From an uncultured delta proteobacterium (GTDB taxonomy: Bacteria; Desulfobacterota; Syntrophia; Syntrophales; Smithellaceae): a stretch of 64,000 bases of DNA. The DNA is taken from contig CAIVQG010000026.1 in assembly GCA_903907985.1 (NCBI GenBank), positions 3,045-67,044 of the forward strand, written 5' to 3'. Made by a program: the position numbers and the translations under genes. Of this stretch, positions 7,700 through 18,484 are shown in pieces. Numbering within the stretch: the stretch's first letter is position 1; each line of letters opens with the position of its first letter. A model generated the notes under the pieces. The model did not search any database, was not told where the DNA came from, and was given only the letters and a program-made list of their open reading frames with translations.

Positions 7700-9604
7700 A
7701 TGAATTTGCATCCTCAATTAAAAAATCCAAAATTTTATCTTATGATAGTCAGCGATTCTGTCATTTTTGTCGTAGTTTACATAGTTGCATATTTGTTTCG
7801 CTTTGAACTATCTTTTGCACAATTACATATTAGTCATATATGGAATGTAATTGTCTGGTCTATTCCTCTTAAATTGTTAGTATTCTTTTTCTTTGGACTT
7901 TACCGCGGAATGTGGCGTTTTACAAGCGTTAGAGATTTTTGGCGCTTGGCGCAGGCTTGCTTTTTGTCCACATTATTAATTATGTTTATTATCCTTTCTG
8001 CGAGTAGATTTGAGGGATATTCCCGCGCGGTATTTTTAGCCGATGGTGTTCTCACTTTTCTATTTACCGGCGGGTTACGTATGACCATACGATCTTACTT
8101 TGCCATTTATAGTAACCCCAAAATTGTTCCTAATTCCTATCCTAAAATTAATTCTAAAAAGATTCTAATTATTGGAGCTGGTGCAGCTGGGGAAAAAATA
8201 TTACGGGAAATATTTGATAATTACCAATTGCATTACCATGTTAATGGATTCATTGACGATGATCCCGGAAAGCAGGGGCGGTCGATTCACGGTATTCCTG
8301 TATTAGGTAACGTTGATAATTTGGCAGACGTTTTGGAAAAAGAGGAAGTACATGAAATACTTATTGCTATTCCTTCTGCTCGTGGTGAACAAATACGGCA
8401 TATTATTGAAGCCTGCAAAAATTGTAGTGTTTCCTATAAAATTGTTCCAGGAATTGGGGAACTTATTGATGGTCGCATAAGTGTAAAAGTTCTGCGTGAT
8501 ATAAGCTACGAAGACCTTTTAGGGCGTCCACCAGTTCAATTGGATATCAGTGGTATTCGTAATTATCTTGATGGTAAAACAGTCCTAATAACAGGATGCG
8601 GCGGGTCAATTGGTTCTGAGCTGTGTCGCCAAGTGATAAAATATCAACCGCGTTCAATTGTCTTAATGGACGCCAGCGAAACAAATTTATTCAATATTCA
8701 AATGGAACTACAAAATGAAATGTACTATCGCAAATGCGAAGCAGTGCTGGGAAATGTGCAAAATGTGCATTTGATGAATGAAGTATTTAATAAATTCAAG
8801 CCACAGGTTGTTTTCAACGCTGCAGCTTATAAGCATGTACCAATGATCGAAAAAAATCCCTGGGAGGCAGTATTTAATAATATTATTGGCAGCCGTGTTG
8901 CTATGGAGATGGCAATTAAACACCATGTAGAACGTTTTGTTCTCGTATCAACTGATAAGGCGGTGCGGCCGACAAATGTTATGGGTGCAAGCAAACGAGT
9001 GACTGAGCTTATTATGCAATCTCTTCAGGGAAACAATACTCGCTTAATGGCGGTAAGATTCGGTAACGTAATTGGTTCATCGGGTTCAGTAATACCAATT
9101 TTCAGAAGACAAATTGAACAGGGAGGGCCGATAACAGTTACTCATCCAGAGGTGAACAGATATTTTATGACCATTCCGGAAGCATCACAGATGATCCTAC
9201 AGGCGGGTGCAATGGGCGAGGGTGGAGAGGTCTTTATTTTAAGGATGGGTACGCCAGTGAAAATAGTAGATATGGCGAGCGATTTGATTCGCCTTTCGGG
9301 AAAAGAGCCGGGTATTGATATAAAAATTATTTTTACCGGTTTGCGAGAGGGAGAAAAACTTTATGAGGAGCTCGTAGCGGTCGGCGAAGATATTTCGCCT
9401 ACGGGGCATGAAAAGATTATGGTGCTGCGCTCAAATCAGGACATGAATGATCCCAAGATAGTAAAGGAATCAAGGGAAATATTAGAAAAGAAAATTGATG
9501 AACTGGTAAAAGATGCTTTAAGTCGTGATGCAAAAGCGATTAAGAAAAAGCTAAAAGAGATAGTTCCCGAATACATGCCACAGGAAAATGATGCTGTTCT
9601 TTAA
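7700..9604 (+). CDS. Membrane-bound UDP-GlcNAc 4,6-dehydratase (PglF/WbpM/CapD family)
   Basis: N-terminal TM helices, EDLLGR, ITGCGGSIGSE, AAYKHVP, STDKAVRPTNVMGASKR, VRFGNV, GEKLYEEL. Confidence 0.93.
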   Translation: MNLHPQLKNPKFYLMIVSDSVIFVVVYIVAYLFRFELSFAQLHISHIWNVIVWSIPLKLLVFFFFGLYRGMWRFTSVRDFWRLAQACFLSTLLIMFIILSASRFEGYSRAVFLADGVLTFLFTGGLRMTIRSYFAIYSNPKIVPNSYPKINSKKILIIGAGAAGEKILREIFDNYQLHYHVNGFIDDDPGKQGRSIHGIPVLGNVDNLADVLEKEEVHEILIAIPSARGEQIRHIIEACKNCSVSYKIVPGIGELIDGRISVKVLRDISYEDLLGRPPVQLDISGIRNYLDGKTVLITGCGGSIGSELCRQVIKYQPRSIVLMDASETNLFNIQMELQNEMYYRKCEAVLGNVQNVHLMNEVFNKFKPQVVFNAAAYKHVPMIEKNPWEAVFNNIIGSRVAMEMAIKHHVERFVLVSTDKAVRPTNVMGASKRVTELIMQSLQGNNTRLMAVRFGNVIGSSGSVIPIFRRQIEQGGPITVTHPEVNRYFMTIPEASQMILQAGAMGEGGEVFILRMGTPVKIVDMASDLIRLSGKEPGIDIKIIFTGLREGEKLYEELVAVGEDISPTGHEKIMVLRSNQDMNDPKIVKESREILEKKIDELVKDALSRDAKAIKKKLKEIVPEYMPQENDAVL

Positions 9605-9655
9605 AAATATGAATCATTTATATTATATCCACTATTTTCTATAAAAAACCGGCCA

Positions 9656-10732
9656 ATGTCAATTTCAGCTAACCATAAAATCAGCATTAGGATAAAAAGA
9701 ATATTGGTTATTCAACTAGGCGATATTGGGGATATTGTCTGGGCCATTCCAGCTTTCTGCTCAGTAAGCGCAGCCTTTCCTCAAGCTGCTCTTTCAGTTC
9801 TTACAAGGAAGCCCAATGGTGATTTGCTTTTAGACGATCATAATATCAAAAATGTTTTTCAAATAGGTGAAGATGGTAGGTTCAGTGAGTTGCGTTTAAT
9901 AAAAAGATTACGTCAGGAAAAGTTTGATTTAGTCTTTGATCTGCGAGCAGATGACAGAGGAGCCATTACTGCTTATCTTAGCGGTGCAAAAATCAGGGCA
10001 GGCCTTTATTATCCGGGATTAAAATGGCGTAATCTCATGTTTACACATCTTGTTCAACCTGCTCCTGCACAGGACAGAATTCGTGGTGCTGCGGAACAAT
10101 CGTTAAAAATAATCCGTGGTTTTGGTATTGAAGCGGTGATTTCAACTCCCCGAATATTGGTTACTGAACGAATACAAAACACAATTAAAGAATTTTTGCT
10201 AAGGGAAAAAATCGAATCGAAGATCGGTTGGGTAAGTATAAACCCTTTTTCCCGCTGGACTTACAAAGAATGGAGCACAGATAAATGGAGGCAGTTGGCA
10301 TTATTTGTCTGGCAAAAATATGAAATGCCAATATTAATAATCGGATCCGCAGAAGAAAAACAGCGTGCTGATGAATTAGCATCTGCTGGTTATTCTCCTA
10401 TGTATAATATTGCTGGCCAAATATCTCTCCGAGATGTGGCTGGTCTTCTGCAAAGGAGTATTTTGCATATTGGCGTTGATAGTGCGGCGCCGCATATTGC
10501 GGCAGCGGTAGGAACTCCTACATTAACAATTTACGGGCCTTCTGATTGGCAAGATTGGTCTCCGCCAGGGGATAAAAATAAAGTTGTATTGCCGGACATG
10601 GATTGTTCCCCATGTTATCAAAAAGGATGCCACGGTAGTGGTCGCAGCGAGTGCCTTGAAAATTTGACCGTTACCAAAGTTCAAAATGCCGTAGAAAAAA
10701 TGATAGATGACCTTGTATTGTTTAAATCATGA
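9656..10732 (+). CDS. GT9 heptosyltransferase (WaaQ/RfaQ-like)
   Basis: LGDIGDIV, KEWS, IGVDSAAPHIAAAVGTP, CSPC motifs. Confidence 0.85.
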   Translation: MSISANHKISIRIKRILVIQLGDIGDIVWAIPAFCSVSAAFPQAALSVLTRKPNGDLLLDDHNIKNVFQIGEDGRFSELRLIKRLRQEKFDLVFDLRADDRGAITAYLSGAKIRAGLYYPGLKWRNLMFTHLVQPAPAQDRIRGAAEQSLKIIRGFGIEAVISTPRILVTERIQNTIKEFLLREKIESKIGWVSINPFSRWTYKEWSTDKWRQLALFVWQKYEMPILIIGSAEEKQRADELASAGYSPMYNIAGQISLRDVAGLLQRSILHIGVDSAAPHIAAAVGTPTLTIYGPSDWQDWSPPGDKNKVVLPDMDCSPCYQKGCHGSGRSECLENLTVTKVQNAVEKMIDDLVLFKS

Positions 10733-10938
10733 AAAATCTGTAATGTGCTGGAAGTCCACTTAAGGCCGAAATTAATGAAGTAAAAATAATCGTTTAATTT
10801 TATAGTATTTTTACTTTATTTTATAATAATAATGGCAGTTTGGATGTTGCTAGGTGTGATTGGGCCAAATCCTTATAACAAAGAAAGCAAGAGGATGGCG
10901 ATTCAATAAGGCTATAAACACTTAAGAGGGTAAACTCA

Positions 10939-12189
10939 ATGAATGATAAAGAAAAAAGAAACAAAATTAATTCCGATACAAATCATTTAATAATATGCCG
11001 AGATAATGAAATGAACATATCTGATTTTTTAGATATAATTTGGAGACGCAAAATACTAATTTTAGTTTTATTTATTGCTTCTGTCGCAATCGCTACCTTG
11101 ATTGTAAATAACATGAAGCCAATATATAGAACATCTGCAAAAATAACTGGAGGAATAATTTATGGTGAGCAGAACGGAGATTTTAATTATAGAGATTCTC
11201 CAGAAAATATTTTAAAGGTTGTTAATGCGAATATGTTCACAGATGGCATAATTAAGTCGCTTCGGTTAAATATAGATTATTACAATAATCTTGTTTTTAA
11301 AGGTGAATTATCAAGCCATTCAAATGTCATAACTGTATTTTATGATGACTCTGATAAAGCAAGTGGTGTGAAAATCTTAGAAGCAAATCTTGAGAGATTG
11401 GATGAATATTATAAAAGCGTAAATATTTCTAAAAAACTAAACATGCAAAAACAGTATTATTCACAGAAGCAGATATTATTAACCAAGATGGCTAATATAA
11501 AGAGAAAGATATCTCTACGGAATTACAAATTATCAAGTGACATAAACAATATACAAAAGAGATATAATTTGGAAAATAATAAATTGGCAAACCAAGGAAA
11601 AGAAATTCAAGCTACATTGGATATGATTAAACAAGAGGAAGAAAATCTCAAAATACAACTAAAAAATATTGATATTGATATTAAATACATAGAAGACCAA
11701 AGGAATAAATTAATAAATAACAATGATAGTATTGGTTCTAATGCATTGTTAATTAGTCTATTACATTCTAATAAAATTAACAATAATGCTCTATCCTATT
11801 CAATAAGCAAAATCAGAGGGGAACAAATATTCAAGGCAGGAGAATTACGAAATAATCAGTTCGAGCTTAACGAAACAAAAATAAAATATGATGAAGGGTT
11901 GTTTAATATAAATAGGGAATTTGAGTTAGATATAATAATTTATAATGAAGAATTGTCTGCTATGCAATCGCAGCTTGATCAAATAAATGAGTGGTTTAGA
12001 TTACAAGAAACAAGAATAGTGGAATATCCCGTAGGCATTAGCATTCTACAGAAGCCAATAACGAATTTGGAACCGGTAAGGCCGCAGAAAATCAAGTTGA
12101 TAGCTCTTGCGGGGCTAGCATCACTTCTATTGGGCATATTGCTTGCTACTCTATTGGAATACATTAAGAGATCACGGGAAATTGCATAA
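10939..12189 (+). CDS. Wzz-like O-antigen chain length determinant
   Basis: N-terminal DFLDIIWRRK-TM-KPIY, long coiled coil, C-terminal PVRPQK-TM with GILL. Confidence 0.8.
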   Translation: MNDKEKRNKINSDTNHLIICRDNEMNISDFLDIIWRRKILILVLFIASVAIATLIVNNMKPIYRTSAKITGGIIYGEQNGDFNYRDSPENILKVVNANMFTDGIIKSLRLNIDYYNNLVFKGELSSHSNVITVFYDDSDKASGVKILEANLERLDEYYKSVNISKKLNMQKQYYSQKQILLTKMANIKRKISLRNYKLSSDINNIQKRYNLENNKLANQGKEIQATLDMIKQEEENLKIQLKNIDIDIKYIEDQRNKLINNNDSIGSNALLISLLHSNKINNNALSYSISKIRGEQIFKAGELRNNQFELNETKIKYDEGLFNINREFELDIIIYNEELSAMQSQLDQINEWFRLQETRIVEYPVGISILQKPITNLEPVRPQKIKLIALAGLASLLLGILLATLLEYIKRSREIA

Positions 12190-12349
12190 ATGGTTATAAG
12201 TTAATGTTAATTTCACGACATAATATTAAAGGAAATACGGTTACATTATATCATATCCTACTACTAACTAATATATGGGCGAGATGTGATCGGTGACATT
12301 TTTACTGCATATCTTATATGAATACTGAAATAAAGAGGAGAAAAGAATA

Positions 12350-13366
12350 ATGGATTTGGATAACAAAACTATTCTCATTACCGGAGGTACCGGATCGCTT
12401 GGTAAGCAGATGGTTAAAACTATTCTAGAAAATTATAAACCCAAAAAGCTTATCATCTTTTCCAGGGATGAACTTAAACAGTTTGAAATGGCCCAGACTT
12501 ATTCAATAGCTAAATATCCCTGCCTTCGTTATTTTATTGGCGATGTACGTGATCAGGATAGGTTGTACGAGGCATTTCACGGTGTTGATTATGTCATACA
12601 TGCCGCTGCCCTGAAACAAGTGCCCACTGCTGAATATAATCCATTTGAAGCAATTAAAACCAATGTGTTAGGTGCTCAGAATGTTATAAGAGCTTCAATT
12701 AATCAAAATGTTAAGAAAGTTATTGCTTTAAGCACTGACAAAGCTGCGAATCCAATAAATCTTTATGGTGCATCTAAACTTTGTTCGGATAAGCTTTTTG
12801 TTGCCGGTAATGTAATGAGCGGTTATGAAAGGACCATTTTTTCAGTTGTACGTTATGGGAATGTTCTTGGCAGCCGTGGTTCCGTCATACCTTACTTCAT
12901 AAAAAGCAGATCCAGTTCAGTACTTAAGATAACAGATTCCAGAATGACTAGATTTTTTATAACAATTCAACAGGCGGTCGATTTTGTGCTTAGATGTTTG
13001 TCGATGATGCTTGGGGGCGAAATTTTTGTTCCCAAAATACCCAGCGCTAAAATAATCGATGTGGCAAGAGCAATTGCACCGGACGCCAGCATTGAGTATA
13101 TAGGAATACGTCCGGGAGAAAAGCTTCATGAAGTTTTAGTGCCTGAAGATGAAGCGAGACATACTATTGAATTAGACGATCACTTTATTATTGAACCGGA
13201 TTTCGACTTTTGGCAAATAAAGAAAGATAATAAAAAAGACAAAAGTGGTAAGCAATGTCCAGACGATTTTCGTTATTCCAGCGATAATAACCCGCAATGG
13301 CTGTCCGGTGAGGGCATAATAGATCTTTTTAATACATATTGTGAGATGAATAATGTCACCGAATAA
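12350..13366 (+). CDS. pseB: UDP-N-acetylglucosamine 4,6-dehydratase (inverting)
   Basis: ITGGTGSLG, SRDELKQ, AALKQVPTAEYNP, STDKAANPINLYGASK, VRYGNVLGSRGS. Confidence 0.95.
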   Translation: MDLDNKTILITGGTGSLGKQMVKTILENYKPKKLIIFSRDELKQFEMAQTYSIAKYPCLRYFIGDVRDQDRLYEAFHGVDYVIHAAALKQVPTAEYNPFEAIKTNVLGAQNVIRASINQNVKKVIALSTDKAANPINLYGASKLCSDKLFVAGNVMSGYERTIFSVVRYGNVLGSRGSVIPYFIKSRSSSVLKITDSRMTRFFITIQQAVDFVLRCLSMMLGGEIFVPKIPSAKIIDVARAIAPDASIEYIGIRPGEKLHEVLVPEDEARHTIELDDHFIIEPDFDFWQIKKDNKKDKSGKQCPDDFRYSSDNNPQWLSGEGIIDLFNTYCEMNNVTE

Positions 13367-14501
13367 AAAAATACCATACGGGCGGCATTCTATTGACCAG
13401 GAAGATATTCAAGCAGTTGTTGAGGTATTGAAGTCTGATTGGCTTACCACGGGTCCGCTTATAGATCAATTTGAGAAAGTTTTTTCTGAGTTTGTTGGAG
13501 CGAAATACGCAGTTGCTGTGAACAGTGGGACAGCAGCTCTTCATGCCGCTATGTTTGCTATTGGCATTGTTCCGGGGGATGAGGTTGTTGTGCCGGCAAT
13601 GACTTTTGCGGCGACAGCTAATTGCGTTGCTTTTCAGGGAGGAACTCCTGTTTTTGCAGATGTTGATCCCGGGAGCCTTACATTAGATCCCTCATCCGTC
13701 AAGGCCAGAATATCACCTAAAACCAAGGCAATAATCGCAGTTGACTATGCCGGACAACCTTGCAATTATGATGCCCTTGCGGAAATTGCCTTGAGCAATA
13801 ACCTTATTCTGGTAGCAGATGCCTGCCATTCACTGGGCGGCAGTTATAAGCAAAATTCCGTTGGTTCCCTTGCCGAGCTCAATGCTTTTAGTTTTCATCC
13901 CGTCAAACATATTACAACAGGAGAAGGAGGCATGATTACAACAAGTGATCAGAGGCTGGCGGAACGCATGAGAATTTTTCGTAATCATGGAATATCTACG
14001 GACCACCACCAAAGAGAGGCTCAGGGATCATGGTTCTATGAGATGACCGATTTGGGGTACAACTACAGGATAACGGATTTTCAATGTGCATTGGGTATGA
14101 GTCAACTTAAGAAGTTGCCATCATGGATTAAGCGTAGGCATGAAATAGCCCGTAGATACAATGAAGCTTTTAATGAATGTCCTCAAATAAAACCTCTATT
14201 GGTTAGAGATGATGTCTTGCATGCCTATCACTTATATGTGGTACGCTTAAACTTTGAGGGTACGAACCTGAACCGCAATATGATTTTTAAACAACTTAGA
14301 GAAAAAGGTATAGGCGTCAATGTTCACTATATTCCTGTTCACCTACACCCTTTTTACAGAATTAAATTCAAAACAGCTCCCGGATTGTGTCCCGTATCTG
14401 AAGCTGCTTATAATGAAATTATCTCTCTTCCTATGTTTCCCGATCTGTCCGACGACGATCTGGGGGAAGTAATAGATGGCCTTATAAACTTATTCAGTTA
14501 A
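13353..14501 (+). CDS. pseC: UDP-4-amino-4,6-dideoxy-N-acetyl-beta-L-altrosamine transaminase
   Basis: IPYGRH, DACHSLG, SFHPVKHITTGEGG, GYNYRITD, VNVHYIPVH; follows pseB. Confidence 0.93.
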   Translation: MSPNKKIPYGRHSIDQEDIQAVVEVLKSDWLTTGPLIDQFEKVFSEFVGAKYAVAVNSGTAALHAAMFAIGIVPGDEVVVPAMTFAATANCVAFQGGTPVFADVDPGSLTLDPSSVKARISPKTKAIIAVDYAGQPCNYDALAEIALSNNLILVADACHSLGGSYKQNSVGSLAELNAFSFHPVKHITTGEGGMITTSDQRLAERMRIFRNHGISTDHHQREAQGSWFYEMTDLGYNYRITDFQCALGMSQLKKLPSWIKRRHEIARRYNEAFNECPQIKPLLVRDDVLHAYHLYVVRLNFEGTNLNRNMIFKQLREKGIGVNVHYIPVHLHPFYRIKFKTAPGLCPVSEAAYNEIISLPMFPDLSDDDLGEVIDGLINLFS

Positions 14502-14561
14502 TAATATCTCTATTTTTATCCATCTATTACTAAAGACATAATAAAAGGGCATTTTAAGATA

Positions 14562-15629
14562 ATGAATTTGTATATAAGAGCGGATGCCGATTCAAAAATC
14601 GGCATCGGACATATAATGCGTTGCATTGCTCTAGCTCAGGCTTGGCAGAATAGAGGTGGAAATGTTACTTTTATAAGCCGTTGCAAAAGTATTCCGCTGA
14701 AACAAAAAATCCAGGAGGAAGGTTTCAATTTAGTTCCACTGGATGGAGTTTGTCCTGACCCAACTGACCTTAAATCGATACTGGAAGTTTTAAAAGAAAA
14801 CCAAACCGTTAATACGGAAAACTGGTTTGTCCTGGATGGCTATCATTTTACACCATATTATCAGAAAGCAATACATGATACCGGCATGCAACTTCTGGTT
14901 ATCGACGATATGAATCATTTAATTCATTATCATGCTGATATAATTATCAATCAGAATAGCCATGCTCGAGAATTAACTTATAATTGCGCTGAAGACACAA
15001 TTTTACTCAAGGGCGCCTCTTATGTCTTTTTGCGTAGAGAATTCCTGAAATATCGGAGCTTCAAACGCCAGATACCGGAATGTGCGAAAAATATCCTTGT
15101 AAGCCTGGGCGGAGCCGATCCGGACAATGTAACGAAAAAAGTTATTCAGGCGCTTAATCTGCTGAGTAGCAAATTACAGATGGAAATCAATATTGTTGTT
15201 GGGCCTGCGAACTTGCATAAAGAGCAGATAAAATCTGCTTTGGAATCAACCGGGTTAAATTACAATTTATTAGTTAATCCTTCCGATATGGTGGATTTAA
15301 TGGCCGATGCAGATTTGGCAATATCTGCAGGAGGGGGCACATATTGGGAGCTTGCTTATATGGGGGTACCCTCCATAATGATCATTCTTGCAGAAAATCA
15401 GAAAGCTGGTGCCGAAGAATTGGGAAAAGCAAGAATTGTTCTTAATCTTGGTTGGCATAATTCATTATCAATAGAAAGCCTGGCCCAAGCCATCTTCTCC
15501 ACGGCTATTTCCGCGCAGGCAAGATTAGATATGATTCAAAAAGGGCGGGATCTGATTGATGGCAATGGGGCAGCGGTGACTATAGACGCAATGAAATCAT
15601 GTGCTGCAAGGGAGAGAAAAACAGCATGA
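14562..15629 (+). CDS. pseG: UDP-2,4-diacetamido-2,4,6-trideoxy-beta-L-altropyranose hydrolase
   Basis: IRADADSKIGIGHIMRC, LDGYH, LGGADP, ISAGGGTYWE, AENQ, IDGNG. Confidence 0.92.
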   Translation: MNLYIRADADSKIGIGHIMRCIALAQAWQNRGGNVTFISRCKSIPLKQKIQEEGFNLVPLDGVCPDPTDLKSILEVLKENQTVNTENWFVLDGYHFTPYYQKAIHDTGMQLLVIDDMNHLIHYHADIIINQNSHARELTYNCAEDTILLKGASYVFLRREFLKYRSFKRQIPECAKNILVSLGGADPDNVTKKVIQALNLLSSKLQMEINIVVGPANLHKEQIKSALESTGLNYNLLVNPSDMVDLMADADLAISAGGGTYWELAYMGVPSIMIILAENQKAGAEELGKARIVLNLGWHNSLSIESLAQAIFSTAISAQARLDMIQKGRDLIDGNGAAVTIDAMKSCAARERKTA

Positions 15630-16390
15630 ATGTCGGGATGATGCAGCCGACTTTCATGCCGTGGCTAGGTCTTTTTGAATTAATTTGTAAATCTGACATA
15701 TTTATATTACTCGATGATTTCCAATTTTCAGTCCAAAGTTGGGATCAGCGAAATAGACTTTTTGTGAATAAGAATCAAGTTGATTGGTACACAATTCCCA
15801 TACAGAAATCAGAATCTTTTTTAAAACCTTTTAATAGAGCAATTATAAACGAATCTGTTCCCTGGCGATCGAAAATGCTGAAACGCATCCAGCAGAATTA
15901 TTCCAAGGCTGGTTATTATAGTGAAATATATCCCATTGTGGAAAAATGGCTTCTAACAATAAAGCAGTCATTGGCCGAACAAAACATCCTTTTTATTAAA
16001 AGCATATGTAGTTGCCTCAATATTAATTGTGAATTCCGCAATAGTTCGGATTATCCATCAACAAATAAAAGATCAATTAGGGTTCTTGAACTGCTTCGGT
16101 GGTGTCTGGCTACGCGTTATTATTCTGCAAATGGTTCTTTTGAATATATGTATGAAGATAGTGTTTTTCCTGTGCATGACATAGATATTATGTTTCAGGA
16201 TTTTCGGCATATACCGTATAAGCAGGTCGGATCGCCGAATGAATTTGTTCCTTACTTATCAGTAATAGATGCGCTGATGAATACAGGGCCGGCAACGACG
16301 TATGAATTGATTAAACAAGGCACTGTGCGATGGTTGACCTGGGAAGAAAGAATGGTTAATCGCAGCCAAGCCGAAGGTGTTCATTCATAA
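15626..16390 (+). CDS. WbqC family protein
   Basis: MQPTFMPWLG, DDFQF..W..RN, LSVIDALMN; ATG at 15626 overlaps the pseG stop (ATGA). Confidence 0.88.
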   Translation: MNVGMMQPTFMPWLGLFELICKSDIFILLDDFQFSVQSWDQRNRLFVNKNQVDWYTIPIQKSESFLKPFNRAIINESVPWRSKMLKRIQQNYSKAGYYSEIYPIVEKWLLTIKQSLAEQNILFIKSICSCLNINCEFRNSSDYPSTNKRSIRVLELLRWCLATRYYSANGSFEYMYEDSVFPVHDIDIMFQDFRHIPYKQVGSPNEFVPYLSVIDALMNTGPATTYELIKQGTVRWLTWEERMVNRSQAEGVHS

Positions 16391-16401
16391 AGGACGTTTA
16401 A

Positions 16402-17091
16402 ATGGTATATGTATTAGCAACATCTCATGCATGGAATGAAGAGCTGTCTCAGGAAGTCGAGATTGCGACAGGTCATTCGGTAATATTAATAAACAAGAAA
16501 GAAGATTTGAGTAATTATAATCTTCAAAAGATAGGGCCGCGATACATATTTTTTCCACATTGGTCTTATATAGTACCACCTCAAATATATAATAAATTTG
16601 AGTGTGTAATATTTCATATGACAGATGTGCCTTTTGGACGTGGCGGGAGTCCTTTGCAGAATTTAATATCGCGTGGAATCTACGAGACGAAAATTACGGC
16701 TTTAAAATGTCAATCAGAGATAGACGCAGGCCCCGTGTACATGAAAAAACCGCTTTCTCTTTTTGGTACTGCGGAGGAAATCTATTTAAGGGCATCCAGA
16801 ATTGTAAGAGATATGATTATTGAAATTATAAATAAGGAGCCAGTGCCTCAAGAACAAAAAGGAGTGGCAACTAATTTTACCAGACGTAAACCGGAAGAAG
16901 GTAATATCAATAATTTATGTGAACTCGAAGAAGTTTTCGACTACATTAGAATGCTAGATGCGGAAGGATATCCTCCCGCCTTTCTGGAAACTGAAAAATT
17001 CAAATTCGAGTTTAAAAGAGCAAGCCTTAAGTTCAATAAGATAATTGCTGATGTTATAATAACTAAAAAAAGCGAGGATATTAAATCATAG
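16402..17091 (+). CDS. Sugar N-formyltransferase (Fmt-like)
   Basis: FFPHWS, VIFHMTDVPFGRGGSPLQNLI, IDAGP, IRMLDAEGYP. Confidence 0.85.
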   Translation: MVYVLATSHAWNEELSQEVEIATGHSVILINKKEDLSNYNLQKIGPRYIFFPHWSYIVPPQIYNKFECVIFHMTDVPFGRGGSPLQNLISRGIYETKITALKCQSEIDAGPVYMKKPLSLFGTAEEIYLRASRIVRDMIIEIINKEPVPQEQKGVATNFTRRKPEEGNINNLCELEEVFDYIRMLDAEGYPPAFLETEKFKFEFKRASLKFNKIIADVIITKKSEDIKS

Positions 17092-17092
17092 C

Positions 17093-17779
17093 ATGAATAA
17101 AATACTTGTTATTGCAGCGCATCCCGATGATGAAGTGTTGGGCTGTGGTGGAACCATAGCTCAACATTGTGTTAATGGCGACGAAGTGCATATTTTAATA
17201 ATGGCCGAAGGCATAACAAGCCGAGATATGAATAGAGATGTTTCAGGGCGCCATTCTGATTTGGAGATTCTAAAGAAAGCAGCTTATGCGGCAAAGGAAA
17301 TTCTGGGTGCGTCATCACTAACAATTGAAAATTATCCGGATAATAGATTAGACTCAATAGATATGATCGAAATCATAAAGAAGATTGAGTTTAACATTCA
17401 AAAATATAATCCCAGTATTATCTATACTCATTATGCCGGCGATTTAAATTTAGATCACAAGATAGTTAACAATGCCGTTGCCGTTGCCTGTAGGCCTTTG
17501 CCGGGGGCAGCAGTAAAAACAATATTGTTTTTTGAAATTCCTTCCAGTACGGAATGGCAGATAATCGGTAGTGGGGCTTCATTTTCTCCTAACTGGTTTG
17601 TTGATATTGAGGAGACATTCGCTATCAAAATGAAAGCTTTGGAATGCTACTCAAGTGAATTAAGGCCATGGCCGCATCCAAGATCACCGGAGGCAATACG
17701 TCATTTGGCTTCCTGGCGTGGCGCATCGGTTGGGGTTGAATGTGCTGAAGCATTTGTTCTGGGAAGAAATATTGGTTAA
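17093..17779 (+). CDS. PIG-L/LmbE family N-acetyl sugar deacetylase
   Basis: AAHPDDEVLGCGG, YTH..D...DH, AEAF. Confidence 0.9.
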   Translation: MNKILVIAAHPDDEVLGCGGTIAQHCVNGDEVHILIMAEGITSRDMNRDVSGRHSDLEILKKAAYAAKEILGASSLTIENYPDNRLDSIDMIEIIKKIEFNIQKYNPSIIYTHYAGDLNLDHKIVNNAVAVACRPLPGAAVKTILFFEIPSSTEWQIIGSGASFSPNWFVDIEETFAIKMKALECYSSELRPWPHPRSPEAIRHLASWRGASVGVECAEAFVLGRNIG

Positions 17780-17845
17780 TAAAGCATTGCTGATGAAACC
17801 TGTGAAATTGATTAAAAGGTATGACGCCCTTATGTGGAGGATTGT

Positions 17846-18391
17846 ATGGTAGAATCGGGTAATTTTTACGGCTTTTTAGAAAGCGAAAGACTATATTTGC
17901 GGGCAGTTCTGCCGAATGATGCCAATGAAGCATATTGTAGGTGGATGAATGATCCTGAAGTTAATAAATATCTAGAGAGTCGTTTTTATCCACATACGCA
18001 GGAAACGTTAAGAGATTATGTAACTGGCAAACTTGGGGATGTGGAGAGTCCGTTCTTCGCGATTGTATTAAAAAAAGGTGATCGGCATATTGGAAACATT
18101 AAGCTGGGCCCGATAAATACGATCCATCGTTTTGCGGATATTGGTATCATAATCGGGGAGCGGGACTGCTGGGGCAAAGGTTATGCAACGGAGGCCATTC
18201 GTTTAATAGTCAAATATGCATTTGATACACTTAATCTTCATAAAGTTACGGCCGGTTTTTACGAACCAAATTTGCAAAGCATGAAAGCATTTGCCAACGC
18301 TGGTTTTTCCCAGGAAGGAGTTCGCAAGAGCCATTGTTATTGTGATGGAAAGTATGTCGACGATATTCTTTTCGGGCTTGTTCGCAGCTGA
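17846..18391 (+). CDS. GNAT N-acyltransferase (RimJ/RimL-like; likely PseH counterpart)
   Basis: HIGNIKLGPI, WGKGYATEA, LNLHKVTAG; ATG at 17846 follows GGAGG (ORF track starts 17834). Confidence 0.82.
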   Translation: MVESGNFYGFLESERLYLRAVLPNDANEAYCRWMNDPEVNKYLESRFYPHTQETLRDYVTGKLGDVESPFFAIVLKKGDRHIGNIKLGPINTIHRFADIGIIIGERDCWGKGYATEAIRLIVKYAFDTLNLHKVTAGFYEPNLQSMKAFANAGFSQEGVRKSHCYCDGKYVDDILFGLVRS

Positions 18392-18484
18392 AAGATGTTT
18401 CGCTAACTTCAACCTCAATCAAATTTCCCTGATATTAGTCGGGGATGTATAGAGTGTAGATAATCAAGTTAGTTGGAGGATTCA

